A stretch of DNA of 64,000 nucleotides from Leidyana gryllorum EB-2025a (lineage: Eukaryota; Protista; Apicomplexa): assembly GCA_048772705.1 (NCBI GenBank), contig JBLWGC010000051.1:248001-312000 (forward strand). Direction: 5' to 3'. Each line of letters begins with the position of its first letter. Within the stretch, counting starts at the first letter, position 1. The notes beneath the pieces were generated by a model. The model was not told the DNA's origin, did no database searches, and was given only the letters and a program-made list of their open reading frames with translations. Below are positions 1-10,801 of the stretch, one piece after another. The translations under genes and the position numbers were made by a program.

Positions 1-289
1 GGTTTCCAATTTGCAGGCAATATTGGTATAACGATTCTCGGCGACTGGATATACATCCTTCTTTTTCGAGATTGGTGCCCGCTCAAGGGCCGAGGCTGCT
101 TCTCTCCAATTGCTGCTGGATGGACAATGGGTACCCCACCACTGTTGCACAAACGCGAATGGTAGAGCATCGGAGCTATATTTGAGAGTACCATTGGCTT
201 CAGCAGCTAGATAGGCTTTGAAGCCAGGGTAGGTGAGTAGGTGGAAGATTCTATCATTCCGCACACTCATGGGGGGTCCAAAGTCATCC

Positions 290-1136
290 TCAGGACGTCG
301 ACTCATTTTGATTTTTTGGTACGATTATAAAGGCAACGGTGGACACGGTTTGGCCTTGCCGCCCGCCGAACGTGAATTTGGGTACTCCAGTGGTCATTGT
401 AGCTAGATGTTGATACTGTAGAGTGGGGTGGGAGGACCTTTCAAATTTCCGGATCAGCTCTTGAATGGTGAGATTTGAGCTGGTGACCAAGAGGAGTGCT
501 CCTGGTGTGCCGAAACGGGTAAGGATCGCATCAATAGCGACGCCAGTGCGTTTCTGTAGCACAAATACATCCAAAGTTCCCTTGTCATGGATCAAGTCGA
601 CTTTAAGATCTTTTTCCCAAGTTGACTGGACTGCCAGGTCGTCGACGATGAATTGAGGTGCTGGAATGTCCTTCGGCCTCTCTTTCTCCCAAAAGAGTTT
701 GGATACTTCGATTGCACTGGGGACAATGTCAGTCCCAACGAGGCGTCGGAAACCAATGTCTGCACAAGTGTGGCATGCGAGAAAGGAAGCGGCGGGGCGC
801 GGCTGACCTGAAAGGGCGTGTAGGAAGAGGCCGTTGCCCGTCCCCAAATCGAGAACACACGCTTTGTCTCTGGCAGCGTGGGTGGTGCGGGGGTCGGTTT
901 GCCAGGTGTCCCAGTTGTCATCTATCCACCGAAGAATGGCGCTCTGATAGTCCGAATACCACTCTTCGCCCAGAGTACCTATTAAAATGAGATTGGTTGG
1001 TCTACTGTGGAGAAAGGCGCGTTAAAGTACCTGTGTCTATATACTCATCGGCTTCCTCTTTATATAGGCCTTCCCAGTAGGCCACTGTGGCATATTGCGA
1101 ATCAGGGTTCTGTTCGCTTCCGTCTGCACTTGACAT
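290..1136 (-). CDS. EFM4: Protein-lysine N-methyltransferase, EFM4/EEF1AKMT2 (METTL10)-like; 2 exons (intron ~979-1030)
   Basis: Spliced N-terminus MSSADGSEQNPDSQYATVAYWEGLYKEE...GTLGEEWYSD, then motif I VLDLGTGNG, DLIHDKGTLD, LLLVTSSNLT and C-terminal PKFTFGGRQGQTVSTVAF, all typical of the Efm4 family. Confidence 0.85.
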
Positions 1137-1150
1137 ATTTTTGGACACAA

Positions 1151-1602
1151 ATGGTGGTCATTCGGGTTGGCGGACAGGTTGTCGAAGTGAGTATGGCGGT
1201 GACCGATGAGGGTCCGCTGCCGGACTCTGTCGACTTGGCTCTGGACCTCCACACCGAGAAGCTGAACGCAGTCGGTCACTTATGTAAGCTAACAACAAAG
1301 TCTTGGAATGGTAACATGTCTCTGGTGCGGCAGACCGATCCCAAATCCAATTGCGGGAGGCTGACCCGGTAGGCAAATGGCGAACGTAGACGAATCCGAG
1401 TTCACCATAGGAGAAGAAAGACACCGATATGCAACTTGCTTTGGCTGAGAACAGTGTGGTTATTATAAAGAAGTTGCAATACTTGAAGGCTTTGGAGACG
1501 CACATGATGAAGCTGGAGCCTACTAAAGTTGATCAAATGCGATTGTCTCGTGAAGCTGTTGAAGCTGAATTTGCCACCGTTCCCCAATATGTGGATCTGT
1601 GA
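1151..1602 (+). CDS. Small helical hypothetical protein (~119 aa), 3 exons (1151-1283, 1334-1368, 1411-1602)
   Basis: Two canonical GT-AG introns restore a continuous frame: ...LNAVGHLYRSQIQLREADPEKKDTDMQLALAENSVVIIKKLQYLKALE...YVDL*. Confidence 0.6.
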
Positions 1603-1635
1603 TCTGTACAAAGCGAAAGTTGGCGTTCCATCCGG

Positions 1636-2469
1636 CTACTGCCCAAGCAGCGGGCTCGCAGGCTTGAGGCAGAAGCGGTATATAGTGTATAGATTCTGGA
1701 GAACGCATAGCCAGAAACCGGCGGTGGTACCTTTATTTAACTCACCTCTGGGAACTTGGAACTCCTCTCTCCCAGTATGAGATCAGCCCCAGCAGCGTCG
1801 AAAATTTGCATATATGTGTCGAGGCTGCGCGCTCGACTAGAGTCGACCGAGTCAAACTCATCACCTTCTTCACTCACGTTCTCTTTGAGAACAATGACAC
1901 CCTGCAGTCAAAATACCGGTGCTAAGAATCATTACTGTTGAGCTCACTTCGGCGGTCAGGCATCTCAAAGCTGCCTTCAGTAACATTGTAACCTCGTTGT
2001 CATTGAGATACATCGCCGTCTAAGAGCAAATATGACCACACAGCCTCACCCACACATGACTAACCCACTGAATCCATACCAGGTCGTACAGCGGACCTGG
2101 CCGAGGTGGGGCGAACCTCTGTGCTGTTTGGAGGAAGCATTGTGTTCGATCTTGGGCTAAATGTTCAATCCGCTGGCGGGCCTGCTCTAAGAGGTGAGGG
2201 ACTGGCTCGTACAGATCTACGTGTGAGTACAGAGGCAGTAGCAACGCCTCCGTTACCCGCCCTATCCCCGCACCTACATCAGCAGCCCGCCGAAAAGCAA
2301 GTTTCCGAGGGCCGTTCCGTTTACCAGACAACTTCTCCAAACGTGCTTGGGCTTTCTTCAGAAAAAGTCGACTATCTTCAATGTCGAGCTCATGTATGTG
2401 AGGCAGATTTCCGGTTATTCCTGCCAACGTGCTCGGCTGAGCTGCCCAGTAGGCCAAAGGGTCCACCAT
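1636..2469 (-). CDS. NTMT1: Alpha-N-terminal protein methyltransferase (NTMT1/Tae1), multi-exon
   Basis: YW..QPSTLAGITG, DVGAGIGRVTEALL, VDLYEP, YDLVWIQW; downstream exon GVIVLKEN...DSVDSSRARS. Confidence 0.9.
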
Positions 2470-2497
2470 CTTCACCAAAAAAAACTCCGATGATCGC

Positions 2498-3056
2498 ATG
2501 GAATTGCACAGGAGATCGATCAATGAGAGCGCATTCGCTCCATACTCACTGATCAGTGAAGATGAGGAAATTAATTCTGCTTTCCACGGACCGGCGGCCT
2601 ACCTACCCAAACCTATTACTCCTACACCCTGTTGGCCTACACCTAAACCGGTGCGCTCAAGACGAGTCCCGGTGTATGAAGATGAGCCACCAAGTGGCTC
2701 TGATTGCAAGCCTGTGAGTATTCTGTCAATGCTGATGTCCCACACATCATTCTGCCGCCCTGCAGCAATTCTTGAATGCGACAAATAAGTGGTTGTTAAG
2801 CACATGTACCCGATCACACACGTCATATGGTGCGAGAACGATTGTGATACCGCCGGCGAAGCAGATAGAGTCTGCTCCTCGAAGGCTGCCACCGGCAAGT
2901 CTCCATCTGGATCTTTCCCGGCAATCAGTAACGAGGTCGCAGCCCCATCGCCGTGTTTGTTCAGCCCGGGCTCGCACATCTGAGGAATCGTGCGCAAGCA
3001 GTCAGAATCTGTCCACCCGCCCTTTGCCCCTCCAGATGGAATGCGATTGGCTTTAG
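2498..3056 (+). CDS. Hypothetical protein, 2 exons (intron 2714-2765)
   Basis: ORFs 2498-2788 and 2772-3056 join in frame through gtgagt...tgcag; no family recognised. Confidence 0.4.
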
Positions 3057-3559
3057 TTGGTGGACTCATCATCGAAGTGTTCTTGATTTGTCAAACGCTG
3101 TCTCTCTTCTTCCAATCTCTGTGTTGCAAGCTGTTTCCGCTCCTCCAGTTGATTGACTCCCCATGTCAACGCTTTTTTAGCTGAATCCTCTACCATTGAC
3201 CTGAGCCGTTGTATGCTGCTACCCGTACTCTGTTCGCTGGCAACTGTACTAGGGCTGTTTGCGGCCATTTGTTGTTGGTCCATACGTTCCAGCATTTCCT
3301 GCATCAAGACCTGAGCTTGATCAGCTTTGGACTGGAGCCAAATGGATGTTTTCTCTCTGGCGGGTCCAACCATTCCTTGACAAATGGTCATCATCTGGAG
3401 CGGGGTCATGTCGCCACACTGACCTTCCTGCAACGCTGTGATCATGGCACTGAAGGAAGGAGTGAAGCGTAGGCCCCCGTCTGGGGAAACAATCACTTCA
3501 TCGGAGTTCCGGAAAAGTTCAGGGTCGCTGTAGTCCATTAGTGACTGATCACCAACCAT
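3053..3559 (-). CDS. Hypothetical protein with C-terminal coiled coil (168 aa)
   Basis: Uninterrupted ORF with protein-like composition and an A/T tract just upstream. Confidence 0.55.
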   Translation of the reverse strand: MVGDQSLMDYSDPELFRNSDEVIVSPDGGLRFTPSFSAMITALQEGQCGDMTPLQMMTICQGMVGPAREKTSIWLQSKADQAQVLMQEMLERMDQQQMAANSPSTVASEQSTGSSIQRLRSMVEDSAKKALTWGVNQLEERKQLATQRLEEERQRLTNQEHFDDESTN

Positions 3560-3599
3560 AGTGCATGCGCACCATCAATGTTTTTTTATCCCATTCATT

Positions 3600-4460
3600 A
3601 TGAGCATTAGCAGTCGTGACTCATTCCAACTTATTGGGGATGAGAGCGAATGTCCTCCAAGTAAAGAGCGACCCCAGAGGGCATCCACGTCGTTGGGAAG
3701 TGTAAAGGTTCCGAAACTGAATGTCTTGATCGCACCTCCCCGAGAACCTCCGGTAGCCACGGAGCCTCGGCGTCCAGCTCGGTTACGACAGGTGAGCCTG
3801 CCTACTGACGGCCCCAGTTTAGTAAGTTGTTGGTCTCAGTATGAGCCGGAGGAATTCAACCTGCAAGATGAAGAAGAAGATGACGACACTACAGCCACCA
3901 CCCCTCCAGCATCCGCTGTTCTGGTGAGTCAAGTATCCAGTGGCAGTAACCCCAAGAATGCCAAGGTAAGAGACTGCCAGTGAGCTTTCTCTCTACATTT
4001 TATATGCACAGTTCCGAGCGCTGATGGCAAAATTCCAGCACAGCAAGAGTAGTACTCCAAGCGCCAAGGACGACGGCGGCGACCCGTTCTCGTGGCTAAG
4101 TGTTTCGGAAGCCAATGCGGCCGGCCGCAAGAAGACTTCTGGCACCAAGATGTCTGTACGGTCCACCCGCTCATAATCTTCTGCCGTCCCTATTGCTCGA
4201 CAGAGACCCACAGCCTTTCTTTGTGGTGATGACGGGGACGACATATGCGAAATGACGAGGAGGGGGTTCCCAACGAAGCCGCGACTACATGGAGCACTCC
4301 AGCCAGCGAGACGATGAGTAGGGATCCGGTGAAGCGCGAAAATGCGACTTTGGGCCAGAAAGACTCCTGTCGAAGAATGGGAGCTGGCCACTAACGATGA
4401 AGCTTACCTTAATCAATGGAGACCCAAGATGCAAAGCTTGTGCCTCGGGCAGTATTGTCA
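3600..4460 (+). CDS. Hypothetical low-complexity Ser/Pro/acidic protein, multi-exon; 3' end uncertain
   Basis: ORF MSISSRDSFQLIGDE...; intron gtaaga...gcacag near 3966-4010. Confidence 0.35.
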
Positions 4461-6259
4461 CATCTTGATCTTCCATACTTGCTGATTTAGGGGATTCAGG
4501 TTCGAGCTTTTCGTGGATGCGGCACACACCCTCCACAGAACAAATCTACAACAACGCAAATTCGTCAAACGAATCCCTCCATTGACTGCTCTTACCGCGA
4601 CTCTGATCCAATCCTTGCCATCTTTCCCTTCCTGAGTATAAATGGCTGAGCTCTGCAACACTTGAAGGTTATTGTCCTCTTTCTGGTTTTGTATAACACG
4701 TCTTGCGATTCTGTGTGACCAACTCAGGTTCCCTACTCTCCTCGAATCCTCAGGAATGGTATACCCGATATACCGCAGTTGCAAGGTATCTAAGTCGACC
4801 CTGAAGATGCGACAAGGCATGTCTGGATCTATCGGTACCGCTAGTAAGTAGCCTCGTCTTTCATCATAGTCTATTGAACTGATCAAACCTTTTTCTGAGA
4901 CCCCGGGAAACACATTTGTACTCATCTCCACCTCATCGTCAAAGCCCAGCCCCGAATTCGTCACTCCATTCGCTGAACATTCCTCCTCGTCGGAGCCAGT
5001 TTGACTCCCACAGTCCGTCCAGAAACTGTTCCGCTCCACACCAAGAACCCTGCTTCCTCCTGCTGCTTCTGCCACATCCTCGTAAACCCTTTCGTGACGG
5101 ATCACACTTTTCAGGGTCACCAGGTCCACACACGACAAACGTCCAGCTCGTGTCTCGCACCACAAGAGCACGCGACCTTCAGACGATGAAGATTCTTCAC
5201 ACAACTCCACCGGCGCCGCTTGTACACTTTGTTCCCCTGGCGGAGACCGGTGGACACACTGTTCGCAGACCCGAGGCCCCATTTGTGGCACATTGGATTC
5301 CATCGAGGCCTCCATCGAGGGGGTTTGGTCCCCGCTTGACGTCTTGTGTCCGTTTCGACGGTGCTGTGCAACTCGAGCATTCAGTGCCTTGGAACGTTGC
5401 CACCTCTCCTCGGCCCCGTGTAACGAAACGTATATCGACGGAGTGATCTGGTTCGGCACCACCGGAATACTCAGGAGAAGCACGAAACTCAATAGGTCAT
5501 AGATCCGGATTTGACGGGAACTCGCCACAATCAATCGCTGAATCTCAGGAGCCGAAGTATCGATCACTTGCACATCTGTAATTGGAGATGGCAGAATTTG
5601 TCGGTGGACACATCGATTTTCTGTCGGATTCAACACGCGGAACTCCATAGTGTTCGCCAATGGTACATATACAATCATCGGGGCCGCACCACTCAGGACT
5701 TGAGCCATCGCCACGCCTTCGGGCACACGGATGTTGAAAGTCTCAGTGATGGCCCGCAGCCCAGACATATCACTCGGGCAGGGTTGTTCACCCACAATGT
5801 CTCCTGTGGCAAAGAAAGAAATGGTAGTTTGCTGTTGTCAGACGTACCTGTGACGGCACTAATGTCCAATACTTGAAGACCATCTGTGTAGCATAATACT
5901 AGGAGACTAGAATCGTTCTTCACGAAATCACACCGTGTCAGATGCATTACATCCTCGTCAATTCGCCGATGAGATCCTAAAAAAGCCTGAATCATGATTG
6001 CTATCCAATGCTCTCATCCTACTCGGATTCGATCGGGAATTTGGTCAGAAATGTGCTCCACATATGCTGCTGCACTTCTTGACACAATCGGAATACGGTT
6101 CAACAATGCAAGCGACGGCGGCACCAAAGATCGAGCAGCTCTTTTCGATATATTTGTGATTATGGCCCCCGCAGTACTGCTGCCCGGAGTGCGCAACTCT
6201 CCCGATGTGGGTGAGTGACAACCGCCACCAGCTCCATTCGTGTTGGTCAATGGGCTCAT
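4458..6259 (-). CDS. BCAS3/ATG18-like beta-propeller protein, multi-exon or with uncertain frame junctions
   Basis: SLLVLCYTDGLQVLDIS resembles the BCAS3/Atg18f-h N-terminal LLLGYxxGxQVWD strand; SPITDVQV, LIVASSRQIRIYDLLSF and LISSIDYDERRGYLLA are WD40-like. Confidence 0.5.
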
Positions 6260-6309
6260 ATCATCCCCCTCTGTTCGTCACTGTTATACATCAAACATGC
6301 ACATCAATA

Positions 6310-9288
6310 TCATCTACACGTGAAGCTCGCACCTAGGTACTCCCACACCCCCAAAAGTCCAGGATTACCACTGTGCGCTGACATCGCAGTAATCATTTTC
6401 AATAAATCAAATCCACGCGAGGCGCTGCCTTTGCCAGATGGGTGCCGTTGCTTCGACAGCAGAGTCTTCACCCTCGCCGATTGTGGTATCCCAGGCGACA
6501 CGTTTGTGCTCCGCCGCTGTCGCCGAGCCGTTGTGTCTACCCTAGGTGTGCGCTTAAGGCTCTGCAAGACAGCCTTCTTCCGTATCGCGCTCGTGTCTAA
6601 GGGTCGTAACTCATAGGCCTGGTTCGTCTCACTGATTGTCACGAGTAGTTTCACTTTCAGTCGATCCTCAAACGACAGGAGGGTCAAACAAGCCATGCGA
6701 ACGGCTTGCAGTTGCCACGGTGGCCCGGACGAGGGACTTTCACCTTCTGACATTGATGCGGTCGTAAGGGAGGCTGCAGTTTTCAGCCACTCCCTCGCGT
6801 AAAAGCTGGGTAATCGACCAAAAGCGTCCCGAGCTCCCAGCAGTTCATACTTCTTCATACAGATCGTCTCCACGACACGTGACATTTGTCCTTGGATGGC
6901 TTCCATGTGCTCCTCACGCGCACATAATATGTCACACAATGCGAGAGGTCCGTTTCGGACTTGATTTCCCACAGGCTGGATCCGGGGTGTAACCAAAGGA
7001 GCAGGTGATGGCTGTTCATCCAGTATCCCTTCCACTGCGGCCCGCAAGTCCACCCGCAATGAATTCGCACTCCCTCTTGCCCAGGTCGACATCAGATTGG
7101 AACACTCATTGGGTCGAGGCATGAATATTGCGTGCAAGATATTTCTCTCTGCGTGGTCAACAGAGCTCACGGAAGCCCCCAAATCCAGCAGAGTCTTAAC
7201 AGTCCCAGCAGAGGAAACCCGACTGGCCAGTAATATCGGAAGTGTGTAGCTGGGCTCCACATTATTGCACTCCTGTCCCACTCCAAAGAAGTGCCGTCGC
7301 AAACGCTTGGGTATGGGTAAGGGGTCGTCCAGATCGTCACCTAATTCTGCGACAGCAGCTTCGATCATGGACGGCGTATTATTAAGAATCCCTGAACGCC
7401 ATGTGTGCCAATCTACGGGCTGGAACTCACCGGTCAACAACAAGCGCCGACTGTTTGGTCGCCGTTTAGGTGCTAGAGGTCCCACTGACCGTCTGTAACG
7501 GCTAATGCTGTATATATTTGTTATGGGAGGTGTATGAATACTCGGGCGGAACGGGCAGGGGGTGTGCAGGTCGGACCCCAGGACCGCCATCCATTGACGG
7601 ACTTGCGTGTCATCTTGCGAGCTCCGAATGACCGATGATCGGGAATCAATCATTGTACTCTTCCTACCCTCCTTCCCAGGAGCAATAGGGGTCGCTGCTG
7701 CAACATGCTCCTCATTTGTCACAGGCTTCGCTGGCCGTATAGACGGCAGCAAGTCCTCTATGTCGCTATGTGATGAGACGGGACTGACTTCATGGTCCGA
7801 GCTGTCATCGTCCGCATCCTCACTCTCACCACTATCCAAAAGCGATCGTTTCCGCCGCAAACAGGGATCACCGATGATGTCTAACGCTCGGACGGACCAA
7901 CCATTGCTCAGAGGGTCAGTGAGTCTGCTAGGAGGTGTCAAGGGCGCGGTAGCTGGGCGTCCTGTTAACGGGTTGGTAACCCGAGGTGGAGATCTGGTAC
8001 GCCTGTTCGCAGTCAGCATGCAAGAGCGCGGTGGTGTAGTGTCTTCCACTTCGTGTTCCACGAGACGTGATAATGCAGCACGAGCTACTGGTAGCTCATG
8101 GTCGACTGTGTCAGTCAACTTCCGTGCCGTTACTTGACCAGCCTCCGGAGTCACAGCAAACCCTGCCTTGGCAGGCTCGAGTACTTGATGGATACTTTCC
8201 TCAACGCTGACGTGAGAAGTGCCGATAGATGGAGGTTCGGGATCTTCCGGAACGCTTTCCAGCAGGCTGTGACTGTTGGAGGTAGTATCCACTGTGGTGG
8301 TCGTTTTGTTCTTCCTCTCGATTGGCTGTGCAAAGCTGGGCGTGGTACTTGGACGAGATCTCTGCTGACTGTGCCCTAGAGTTCCCGCAGTATGCGGTCG
8401 CGGCAAAACGGAAGCTCTTGATCCCGACGCTGTACGCCCGCCTACGCCTATGCTTTCGGAGGCTCGCCGCGTATTGGAAGCGGTTCGAGATATGTTTGCG
8501 ACTGGTTGGCGCTGATTCCGAGTTGAGCCATCATCCCGTGGGGCCCTTGGTCCACGTTGTGTCAAGGGCGCGGCGAAGCAAGGGCCGGTGCTGGTGCGAT
8601 CTGATAGTAAACTTTTTGTGGCCGCACTAGGTGGAGCGAAACGACTGGAGGCCGCCAAACAAGAGTTGGACCGCGAATGGGTTGATAAATTGATACTGTG
8701 TTTGGGTTTGGTGCTCGATTGAATCTGGACAGATGCCTGTCGACTGTGTACCTCTGATCTGCTTGCTTGTCGGCATGAAGTGCCGGAGGCAAAGGATGGC
8801 GCGTTCGATGGAGCAGTAATATGACGGTTGACATTTCGTGTAATAGGCTCTTGAGATAGCGTGGTCTTGAGAGCAGGCCCAGTGCACGAGCGCGTGGGAT
8901 GCTTCATTTGAGCTGTGGGTCCGGGCGTAACATATGCAGGGGTACGGGGATTGATGTCCCTTTTAGGTACAGAAGCTTTAGACGTCAAAGAGTTCCGGCC
9001 TATGGTGGCGGTTGATGATTGCACACGCGTGTGAAAAGAGCTTGACGCCGCCGAATTGGTTCTCGAACATGCCGAGGTAAGCCTTTTACTGGAAGATATG
9101 TCCATGTCGGAGGCGTCCTCTCGACTCACATTGGCCTCAACAGGGTTCACTCTCAAACAGTGTGTACAGGGGGCGACTGACGATACATCAGTTCGGATGG
9201 AGTTGGCCGAGGTTTGGGCGAATGGGGTGTCATTGATGAAGGAATGCCTAGCTACTGGTCGCCGAGTCCGGGTAGGGTTGCTGAACAT
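6310..9288 (-). CDS. 992-aa protein with a long disordered Ser/Thr/Arg-rich N-terminus and C-terminal ankyrin-like repeats
   Basis: Intronless long ORF; TVKTLLDLGASVSSVDHAERNILHAI and LLGARDAFGRLPSFYA match the ankyrin pattern. Confidence 0.65.
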   Translation of the reverse strand: MFSNPTRTRRPVARHSFINDTPFAQTSANSIRTDVSSVAPCTHCLRVNPVEANVSREDASDMDISSSKRLTSACSRTNSAASSSFHTRVQSSTATIGRNSLTSKASVPKRDINPRTPAYVTPGPTAQMKHPTRSCTGPALKTTLSQEPITRNVNRHITAPSNAPSFASGTSCRQASRSEVHSRQASVQIQSSTKPKHSINLSTHSRSNSCLAASSRFAPPSAATKSLLSDRTSTGPCFAAPLTQRGPRAPRDDGSTRNQRQPVANISRTASNTRRASESIGVGGRTASGSRASVLPRPHTAGTLGHSQQRSRPSTTPSFAQPIERKNKTTTTVDTTSNSHSLLESVPEDPEPPSIGTSHVSVEESIHQVLEPAKAGFAVTPEAGQVTARKLTDTVDHELPVARAALSRLVEHEVEDTTPPRSCMLTANRRTRSPPRVTNPLTGRPATAPLTPPSRLTDPLSNGWSVRALDIIGDPCLRRKRSLLDSGESEDADDDSSDHEVSPVSSHSDIEDLLPSIRPAKPVTNEEHVAAATPIAPGKEGRKSTMIDSRSSVIRSSQDDTQVRQWMAVLGSDLHTPCPFRPSIHTPPITNIYSISRYRRSVGPLAPKRRPNSRRLLLTGEFQPVDWHTWRSGILNNTPSMIEAAVAELGDDLDDPLPIPKRLRRHFFGVGQECNNVEPSYTLPILLASRVSSAGTVKTLLDLGASVSSVDHAERNILHAIFMPRPNECSNLMSTWARGSANSLRVDLRAAVEGILDEQPSPAPLVTPRIQPVGNQVRNGPLALCDILCAREEHMEAIQGQMSRVVETICMKKYELLGARDAFGRLPSFYAREWLKTAASLTTASMSEGESPSSGPPWQLQAVRMACLTLLSFEDRLKVKLLVTISETNQAYELRPLDTSAIRKKAVLQSLKRTPRVDTTARRQRRSTNVSPGIPQSARVKTLLSKQRHPSGKGSASRGFDLLKMITAMSAHSGNPGLLGVWEYLGASFTCR

Positions 9289-9311
9289 AATTGTTAATTT
9301 TGCGCGGGGAA

Positions 9312-10469
9312 ATGGAATTCGGGTTTGTGCTCGATGTTCGGTTAGAAGAGGACTCGAAAGGGAGCGATTGCATCGATGAAGATAAGCTTTTGGATGCCGT
9401 TGAGCTGCCCAAAGTGACTGAGGATGTTAGGTGGAACAGAATATCGATGGAGAGCATATTGGATGACAATCGGATGATGGAGCTCTCTGCGCCGTACATG
9501 CCCCTCTTGGTATTGAGTGATGAGGAAACTGAAGAATATGCCACAACACTCCGGAGAAGTAAAAGGCCACGCCTCGACGGCGAGACGGCAGCACACGAGG
9601 GGGCTGGTGACGAAAAGGACGATGAAGAGTCTAAGGCGGTACAAGCTATATTCAAGGAGAGGGGGTGGGGCCAGATACGTGTTCTGGACGACCGGCTGGA
9701 GGTGCTGGCGATGTCGAAGAAAATGAAGCAGCTTGGGGATGCGGCACCGCTATGGAGCCAAGGACCGTTGGTTGCTGATCTGTTGAGAGTGGTTGGCAAG
9801 ACAAACGGACTGGACGCAAGCAAGTTCTGGATGCCGCCGCCTGGAGATTCTCAGACCCCCAGCAGTATAGTATGTCTTGACGTAGGGTGCGGAGTTTGTC
9901 GAGACGCCATAGTCCTTTGCCGGGCTGGGTGGAATGTTGTGGCTGTGGACCAGCGGAACGTGTTGCTGCGTAACGGACGTGGGTTGGCTGAGAGACTGGG
10001 TGTGGGTACCAGTGTTTTTGAGAACGGAGAGTTGACACAGAGTACTACTGGAAAGCACAAAGGCTTTGGGCATCTGGTGACTGTCCGGTCAACCATCAAG
10101 AAGACGATTCCACACACAATAGAACTGGCAGCAACAGCTCTTCGTCGGCGGTTGGAGAACGATAGAGCGGATCAGACTAAGGCAGCTGAGGGTTACGATG
10201 TGGTGTACTGTTCAAGATTTCTGGTGCGGTCGATCCTGGGAGAGTTGATAAAATTGCCCAAGACAGCGTTCGCCTTCCACCATTTCTTGGAGGGCAGCGA
10301 GCGGCCGATTGAAGCCGATTTGGTATTGCGACGGAACGAACTGAGGGAACTAGCAGAGCAGAGTTCGTTGACAGTTGATATGGATGAGGAGATGGAGATA
10401 ATAGATGGTGTAGGACGTCGACGAATGAGTATGTTCATCGCCAGTGTCAATCTTTTTTCGACTAAATAG
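9312..10469 (+). CDS. Class I SAM-dependent methyltransferase (TehB/Methyltransf_25-like), possibly with a rhodanese-like N-terminus
   Basis: CLDVGCGVCRDAIVLCRAGWNVVAVD motif I; YDVVYCSRFLVR; LVLRRNEL. Confidence 0.75.
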   Translation: MEFGFVLDVRLEEDSKGSDCIDEDKLLDAVELPKVTEDVRWNRISMESILDDNRMMELSAPYMPLLVLSDEETEEYATTLRRSKRPRLDGETAAHEGAGDEKDDEESKAVQAIFKERGWGQIRVLDDRLEVLAMSKKMKQLGDAAPLWSQGPLVADLLRVVGKTNGLDASKFWMPPPGDSQTPSSIVCLDVGCGVCRDAIVLCRAGWNVVAVDQRNVLLRNGRGLAERLGVGTSVFENGELTQSTTGKHKGFGHLVTVRSTIKKTIPHTIELAATALRRRLENDRADQTKAAEGYDVVYCSRFLVRSILGELIKLPKTAFAFHHFLEGSERPIEADLVLRRNELRELAEQSSLTVDMDEEMEIIDGVGRRRMSMFIASVNLFSTK

Positions 10470-10801
10470 GGTCCGTATGCGCGCTCTGGTGCCCTCCTCC
10501 CTAAGTAACCCTCGAATCTTATTCTGCTGTGCAGCACCTCTGCTCGAAGATGAGCTCGCAGCAGACCTCAGCAACGTGAGCCTCTCTTGGATACAGTTAT
10601 CGAATTAGTGGTTTGTTCTTGTTGCAGGTAAGGGTGAGGCTTCCTGATGTCTGTTGAATACGGAGTAGCAGGTTCTGCGCCACTCTCCCGGCATGTGTAG
10701 CTAAGCTGTTTTCTCCCTGTCTCCCATCACCTGTTGATCACGCCTTACCCCCATCTTCTCCCCAGGCCCCTCGCACGGAAGCACAACCCAGGCGTTCGAG
10801 T

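Noticed and set aside
1-289. Possible 3' exon of a gene entering from the left edge
   Set aside because: Several short frames are open and none has a recognisable motif, so no call can be supported
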